A stretch of DNA of 64,000 nucleotides, from contig OY729427.2 in NCBI GenBank assembly GCA_963422375.2, positions 1,408,001 to 1,472,000 of the forward strand, written 5' to 3'. The position numbers were made by a program, and so were the translations under genes. Positions 58,950 to 64,000 of this stretch are shown here, one piece after another. The notes below the pieces were generated by a model. That model was not told the origin of the DNA. It worked only from the letters and a program-made list of their open reading frames with translations, and ran no database searches. The DNA is from Bryobacterales bacterium (GTDB lineage Bacteria; Acidobacteriota; Terriglobia; Bryobacterales; UBA6623). How positions within the stretch are numbered: position 1 is the first letter of the stretch; every line of letters begins with the position of its first letter.

Positions 58950-60116
58950 ATGCATCTGTCCAGCCAGTGCCTACGCAAGCTAGCCTTGCATCTCTCGGCC
59001 GTAGCCATGCTTGTCGCGAGCTTGGCGCCCGCGCAGGCTCAAGGGCCGATCGGCGAGCGGCCTAGGAGGCCCGTGCCCGGCGCTCCTAGAACGCCGGGCA
59101 CGGTTCCGCCCGCCGGGGGGGGGCCGGACTCGCCGTCCAGGCTGCCTCCCGTGGCGCCCCGGGCCCCCCAGCGCGTGCCGGAAGACCAGCCGATCTTCAC
59201 GGCCGACACAAACGTGGTGACGGTCGAGATCGCCGTGCTCGACAACAAAGGCCAGTTCATCCCCAACATCCCGCAGGGGAACTTCCAGATCCTCGAGGAC
59301 GGCGTCCCGCAAAAGATCGTCAGCGTGGGCCAGACGCAGGCACCGGCCACCGTGGCGCTGCTGATTGAGTTCAGCAACCGCTGGCAGCAATACTGGTCGG
59401 AGACTTGGTACCAGACCCTGACGGCGACCTACGGCTTCGTGGAAACGCTGCGCCCGGAAGACTGGGTGGCCGTCATCGCCTACGATCTCCGGCCGGAAAT
59501 CCTGGCCGATTTCACGCAGGACAGGCGCGAGATCAACAACGCCCTGCAGCGGCTGCGGATCGCTGCGTACCGCGAGTCCAACCTATTCGACGCTCTCACC
59601 GACACCGTCCAGCGAATGTCCGAGATCGAGGGACGAAAATCTGTGGTGCTGCTCTCGAGTGGGGAAGACACCTTCAGCCGACTCAACTTCAGCCAAGCGC
59701 GCAAGATCGTTCAAGAGGCGGGCGTCACCGTCCACGCGATCGGGCTGGGCCAGATGCTGAAGGAGCTTCTCGACTCGTACGGCTACGTCGGCGGCGCTAC
59801 GCGGATCGGCTGGCTGCAGGCGGACAACCAGCTCCGGACGTTCACGAGAGAGACCGGGGGCTTCTCGTTCTTCCCCCGCTTCTACGGCCAGTTCCCGACG
59901 ATCTTCCAGAGCCTGAACTACCTGATGCGCAATCAGTACACCGCGGTCTACCAGCCCTCGAACACCAAGCGCGACGGCGCGTTCCGCGAGATCAAGGTGC
60001 GCTTGGTAGATCCGAGGACGAACAAGGAACTGCGGATAACGGGGAAGAACAACAAGCGCATCAAGTACCAGATCGTCGCGAGGAAGGGCTACACGGCTCC
60101 GCGCGAGGTGGAGTGA
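58950..60116 (+). CDS. VWA domain protein (acidobacterial VWFA-related type)
   Basis: GGAGG RBS, signal peptide, Pro-rich linker, NFQILEDGVPQKI, NLFDAL, GRKSVVLLSSGEDT, ETGG, RNQY, ARKGY. Confidence 0.87.
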   Translation: MHLSSQCLRKLALHLSAVAMLVASLAPAQAQGPIGERPRRPVPGAPRTPGTVPPAGGGPDSPSRLPPVAPRAPQRVPEDQPIFTADTNVVTVEIAVLDNKGQFIPNIPQGNFQILEDGVPQKIVSVGQTQAPATVALLIEFSNRWQQYWSETWYQTLTATYGFVETLRPEDWVAVIAYDLRPEILADFTQDRREINNALQRLRIAAYRESNLFDALTDTVQRMSEIEGRKSVVLLSSGEDTFSRLNFSQARKIVQEAGVTVHAIGLGQMLKELLDSYGYVGGATRIGWLQADNQLRTFTRETGGFSFFPRFYGQFPTIFQSLNYLMRNQYTAVYQPSNTKRDGAFREIKVRLVDPRTNKELRITGKNNKRIKYQIVARKGYTAPREVE

Positions 60117-60311
60117 GGCCCGGCGGGACGCCTCAGGCAAGGTGCCCTCCAGCGGAGCGAGGCGCCGTGCGGCCGCGGGTCCCGCGAAGAGGCGTCGGGC
60201 GCGTGCTCGCCCCCCGATCTGGCGCGACGAGCGGGGATGCATGTGCAGTGCCGCTCGGACCCAGCCGAGCGACCTCTCGCAGTGCGGGTGCTAGAATCGC
60301 GCCGTACGCAG

Positions 60312-61010
60312 ATGACGGACATCACTTGGCTCGGACACTCTACGTTCTATATCGATGTGGGCGACGGACCTGCGATCCTGATCGATCCGTGGTTCACGGG
60401 CAACCCGTCATATCCCTCGGGATTCAACCTCGAGCGCGTCGACGTGCTGCTAGTCACCCACGGGCACTTCGACCACATCGCGGACGCTCTAGCCGTGGCA
60501 GAGCGCTTCAAGCCCGCCATCCTGTGCGGGTACGAAGTTTCGATCTGGCTCGAGTCCAAGGGAGCCGAGAACATCGTCGGCATGAACACCGGGGGCAGCG
60601 CCGAATCGCACGGCCTGCGGGTGACGATGACACAGGCATGGCACAGCAGTTCGATCGATGACGGCGGGCGGCAGGTCTGCGCCGGCCTGGCGTCGGGCTT
60701 CGTGGTCCGCCAGCCTGACGGGCGCGCCTTCTACCATGCCGGGGACACCGACGTGTTCAGCGACATGCAGCTCATCCGGCGACTGCACCATCCGCAACTC
60801 GCGATGCTGCCGATCGGCGATCTCTTCACGATGGGACCGGAGGGCGCGGCCCTGGCTTGCGAGTTCTTGCGGCCCGAGGTGGTGCTGCCGATGCACTACG
60901 GGACGTTCCCCGTGCTCACGGGAACGCCGACTGCACTGGTCGAAGCGCTCGGACCCGGGTCTGCGGTCGCCGTGCCCCCCCTGGAGCCGGGCGGGACGTA
61001 CCGCTGGTAG
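60312..61010 (+). CDS. Metal-dependent hydrolase (MBL fold, UPF0173-like)
   Basis: ITWLGHS, LIDPW, THGHFDH, YHAGDT, LPIGD, PMHYGTF. Confidence 0.9.
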   Translation: MTDITWLGHSTFYIDVGDGPAILIDPWFTGNPSYPSGFNLERVDVLLVTHGHFDHIADALAVAERFKPAILCGYEVSIWLESKGAENIVGMNTGGSAESHGLRVTMTQAWHSSSIDDGGRQVCAGLASGFVVRQPDGRAFYHAGDTDVFSDMQLIRRLHHPQLAMLPIGDLFTMGPEGAALACEFLRPEVVLPMHYGTFPVLTGTPTALVEALGPGSAVAVPPLEPGGTYRW

Positions 61011-61025
61011 GGCGCACCGCCAGCC

Positions 61026-61457
61026 TCAGCGTTGCGCGAGGCTCTCGTACGTCTCGTCTTCCGACGCGTCGGTGGTGACGGGAAGGCCACGCGGAGCCCA
61101 GCCGGGATAGGTCAGGGCTCCGGTCATGTCGGATTCCCCGTGGAACCCGCCGCGCATGTCGACGACGTTTTCGAAACCGTTCGCGAGCAGGACCTGGGCG
61201 GCCCGCATCGAGCGCCCTCCCTTGAGGCAGGCGGTAATGATCTTGGCGTCGCGCCCCAAGGCCGTCTCGCACACGGCGACGAAGTCGTGGTTCGGCTGCA
61301 TCCCGGCCGGCGTGCGGTGCAGCAACGGAATATTCTTGGCTCCGGGGGCGTGCCCGGCCTCGAACTCCGGAATCGAGCGCACGTCCAGATAGACGTAGCC
61401 CTCGCCGGATTCAAGCAGATCCCTAGCCTCTTCGGGCGAAATGCGTTTGAGTGACAT
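61026..61457 (-). CDS. Rhodanese-like domain protein
   Basis: YLDVRSIPEFEAGHAPGAKNIP, CLKGGRS, DMRGGF. Confidence 0.9.
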   Translation of the reverse strand: MSLKRISPEEARDLLESGEGYVYLDVRSIPEFEAGHAPGAKNIPLLHRTPAGMQPNHDFVAVCETALGRDAKIITACLKGGRSMRAAQVLLANGFENVVDMRGGFHGESDMTGALTYPGWAPRGLPVTTDASEDETYESLAQR

Positions 61458-62118
61458 CGAGCGGCCACCCCCAACTTCGCCTATCGACACCGTGCCTGTC
61501 AACCCGAACACTGCGACCGGCCGCGCCGATTCGGTTCCGAGAGCGGCCCGGCCCATGAACGGTGGAATCGAGACCGTACCCGACTTCGGGGGGACGTCCA
61601 TCCGCTCGGCGGGCCATCAACCAGTGGCAGTAGACCCACGGGAGAGGCGGGCCTGCTCATCCGTCTCTCATCGACGGACCCCGCTGCATCCGTCGGAAGA
61701 GTTGTCGACCGACGAAACGGTGGGGTCTCAGTGGCATCCTACCCTCGCTGCGCGCTCGGCTGCAGCGCAATGCGATGCCCGACCCTGCCTCGCGGATCGG
61801 GGCGCTCCCGTTCGGGTTGCGTCTGCTACTCCCTCAATCGGCGCAGGATCCAAGGTCCCGCAGCTACCTGCCCCGGCCTTCCCGTTCGCAACTCAGCGGT
61901 CCCAAGCGAGGCGCCCGGACCAATCCGGGTCTCCAGCGTGATCTCCTCCGCCAATCTGACCCGCTGCACCCGACTCGACCCCGGGACCGCCCCAACCCAG
62001 GCCTTTCTGAATCGGACCCCCTAGGAGCCAATTGCGCTGGACCGAGCGACTGACATCTTGCGGGGCGAGCGCCATGTCGGTAGAGGGACTGGATCAGGAT
62101 GCACCGAGGGAAGGAATC

Positions 62119-62964
62119 GTGAGAGGCCAGCAGCAGGATCTGCTTGATGCGCACATCGTCGCGCCCTTCAAGACTGGTCTCTTGACGTGGATTGGCAACA
62201 AGCAGCGCTTCGCCCACCGGATGGCGTGATTTTCTCCGATCAAGATCAACACGTACTCGGAACTTGTTCTGGGTAGTGGCGCGGTCCTTGCTACGATGGC
62301 AATTGATCGATGCGTAGCCTCAGACCACATTGGCCTCCTCATTGAGATTTGGAAGACTCTCTCGAGCGATCCCGAACTCTTCAACTTGTGATACAGTGAT
62401 CGTTGGTTGTACTCTCAATACGGTGACCGGTCAGCCCAGTATGAACGCATCAATTCATCGTACAATAGACGCCCCAATGGTGCCGATATTCTATTCCTTT
62501 TCCGGCCCTACTAGGGGGGGGGTGGGGGAGGGTAGTGAGATTTCGAAAATCAGATGGATATATGTCTACACTTTGCGGCATTACCGAACCGAAGGAACAG
62601 ACTGCCTCTTGATGAATTACGAAGAGGCGACGAACAAGGCCAAATGCGGAGATTTAGTCTATTGTGACCCAATCTATAGCAATATCTAGAGAATCCTTGA
62701 TGGAACCCAATCTCTTGACTTGCTCAATCTAATTCAGAAGATTGACAATTGCAAGTCCAGAGGAGTATTTGTCACACTGAGCATTGATAGCACAAGAGCA
62801 TCAGGAAAACACGAAGTAAAGCCCCCCCTCTCCCGAAGTGCCTATTTGAGCAAAAAGTATTCATCGACTGTGGTGCATCCATGCTTCAGAGGTTTCAAAT
62901 GAACGGTGAAACGCTAAGCAGAGAGAATGTCGCAGATCGCTTGCTCTTGACCCACGGTTCTTGA
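62119..62964 (+). pseudogene. Dam-family (D12 class) DNA adenine methyltransferase, with multiple stops and frameshifts
   Basis: LLTWIGNKQRFA, ELVLGSGAVL, VRFRKSDGYMST-like segment, GDLVYCDPIY (for DPPY), terminal VADRLLLT; low GC. Confidence 0.8.
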
Positions 62965-62979
62965 ATCCGCCCCGCCTGA

Positions 62980-63557
62980 CGCTGGTCGATCCACTCCTTG
63001 GTGAGGCTTGGAATTCATTCAATCACTTCCTTGCCAAATAATACTTCGTCCACATATCCCCTGTTCGGCGTATCAATGATGCGACATAGGTGCGACTCTC
63101 CCGTGATATGCCAAGAATTATAAGCATCAATCATCAAGTAATTTAATGTCTTAATGCCTTCGATGGCTCGCATTTATCTGATCTATTCCGTCAAGGAGTC
63201 TCTCGCATACACCGTCCTCAATCTTACTCTCAAATGTCTTCGCATAATAGTATTCTTTGATTTCCCATATCGCAAACGAGCCTTCGACAGAAAGAAATAC
63301 ACCGTAAACTCTTTTTTATGATGTCCGAGTAATGCCACCATCCTGGGAAAATATCGTCATGTTCGTTGGGGATTAATCATAATATAGGCCAGACAGTCCG
63401 TCGGCAATCAGCATATTGATAGTCTGCTTGAAGCACGCAGGACCGACCCTAGCTCCCAATTCTTCCCTCGATTCGTGTATCCAAGTGTATGACTCAGGAT
63501 TCGGACCTATGCCCAGAATCTCTCGGGTTGTCTCAAGTATTGCGGGTTCCCCGTCAT
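62980..63557 (-). pseudogene. Putative type II restriction endonuclease, degraded
   Basis: Manual translation: MTGNPQYLRQPERFWA*VRILSHTLGYT...AIWEIKEYYYAKTFESKIEDGVCERLLDG...HLCRIID..GYVDEVLFGKEV; ExK-type motif, convergent with the MTase, low GC. Confidence 0.6.
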
Positions 63558-64000
63558 CTGAAGTGCCGAAACGAGTGGGATGATATTCCCAAGGTATTGC
63601 TCATGAGTCTCGACATGGCCCAGGAGTCACTGCCGACGCCGTTCAGTCCGAAATGGTGGTTTGGGACGACTTGCCGTCGTTGGCGGTCCCTTGGGCTCGT
63701 CGCAGCACTGATTCAGCGCGACTACTGGGAATCCTGCCGAGAGTCTATGCCCTAACGAATCAGCACGTGAGCGTTGATTACGGTAACCAACAGACTGGGC
63801 TCGGCCCTCGCGAACCGACTGCGTACCCCCCGCAACGCGTACGAACGTGGCCGCCCTTGCGAAGTCGGGCCAGCGGCGGTGCTGCAATTCCCTTCTCCGT
63901 TCAGCCACGCCGGAACAACGCCTACCAAAGCGTACCCACATCGAGACTCCTTTAATCACCTCGCTAGCGTCCAACCAAGGGTGGGCGCCGGGAGGGCCGT

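Noticed and set aside
63659..63675. 17-bp match (GTTTGGGACGACTTGCC) to the reverse complement of 25669-25685 in the MNT remnant
   Set aside because: Similarity does not clearly extend beyond 17 bp, and one match of this length is plausible by chance in 64 kb.
1..64000. CTAG seemed frequent, suggesting a Dcm-deamination signature (CCTAG/CTAGG)
   Set aside because: In the sites I inspected, the fraction in CCTAG/CTAGG context was about what GC content predicts. A proper k-mer count would be needed.
1..64000. CRISPR array, rRNA or prophage genes
   Set aside because: I found no regularly spaced repeats, rRNA-like sequence, or phage structural or integrase motifs.

Overview
High-GC bacterial chromosomal window, roughly 70% GC by eye. 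Gene content (acidobacterial-type VWA, carboxypeptidase-regulatory-like and TolC proteins) suggests Acidobacteriota, Bryobacterales-like; this taxonomy is inference. Most of the window is densely coded core and metabolic DNA: sugar catabolism genes, ppiD-larA-like-uppP-ftsK, glmM, a stand-alone radical SAM gene, a GMC/glycoside-dehydrogenase cluster, tolC, truA, xseB-ispA, a his operon interrupted by a PadR-permease cassette, an ECF sigma trio, gpmI, an RsbW/STAS-led MlaEFD (Mce) operon, rsmB, an ArnT-like gene, Cys-free L31, and an OprC-like TonB receptor with a Cys-rich upstream ORF. There are two decayed accessory patches. The first (~24.9-31.45 kb) holds a trkA remnant, a HEPN-MNT pair downstream of a shattered type I hsdM, and IS1595 and ISNCY relics. 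The second (~62.1-63.6 kb) is a convergent Dam-family MTase and putative restriction nuclease, both pseudogenes. I recognised no rRNA, tRNA or CRISPR array. The best leads are: an Mce transporter co-transcribed with a partner-switching kinase/STAS pair; a CruR-like Cys-rich leader ahead of a Cys-less OprC-like receptor; directional A>G/T>C decay of the IS copies, including a template-switch palindrome; and a HEPN-MNT module inside a type I R-M locus. All functional calls rest on motifs recognised by eye, not database searches.
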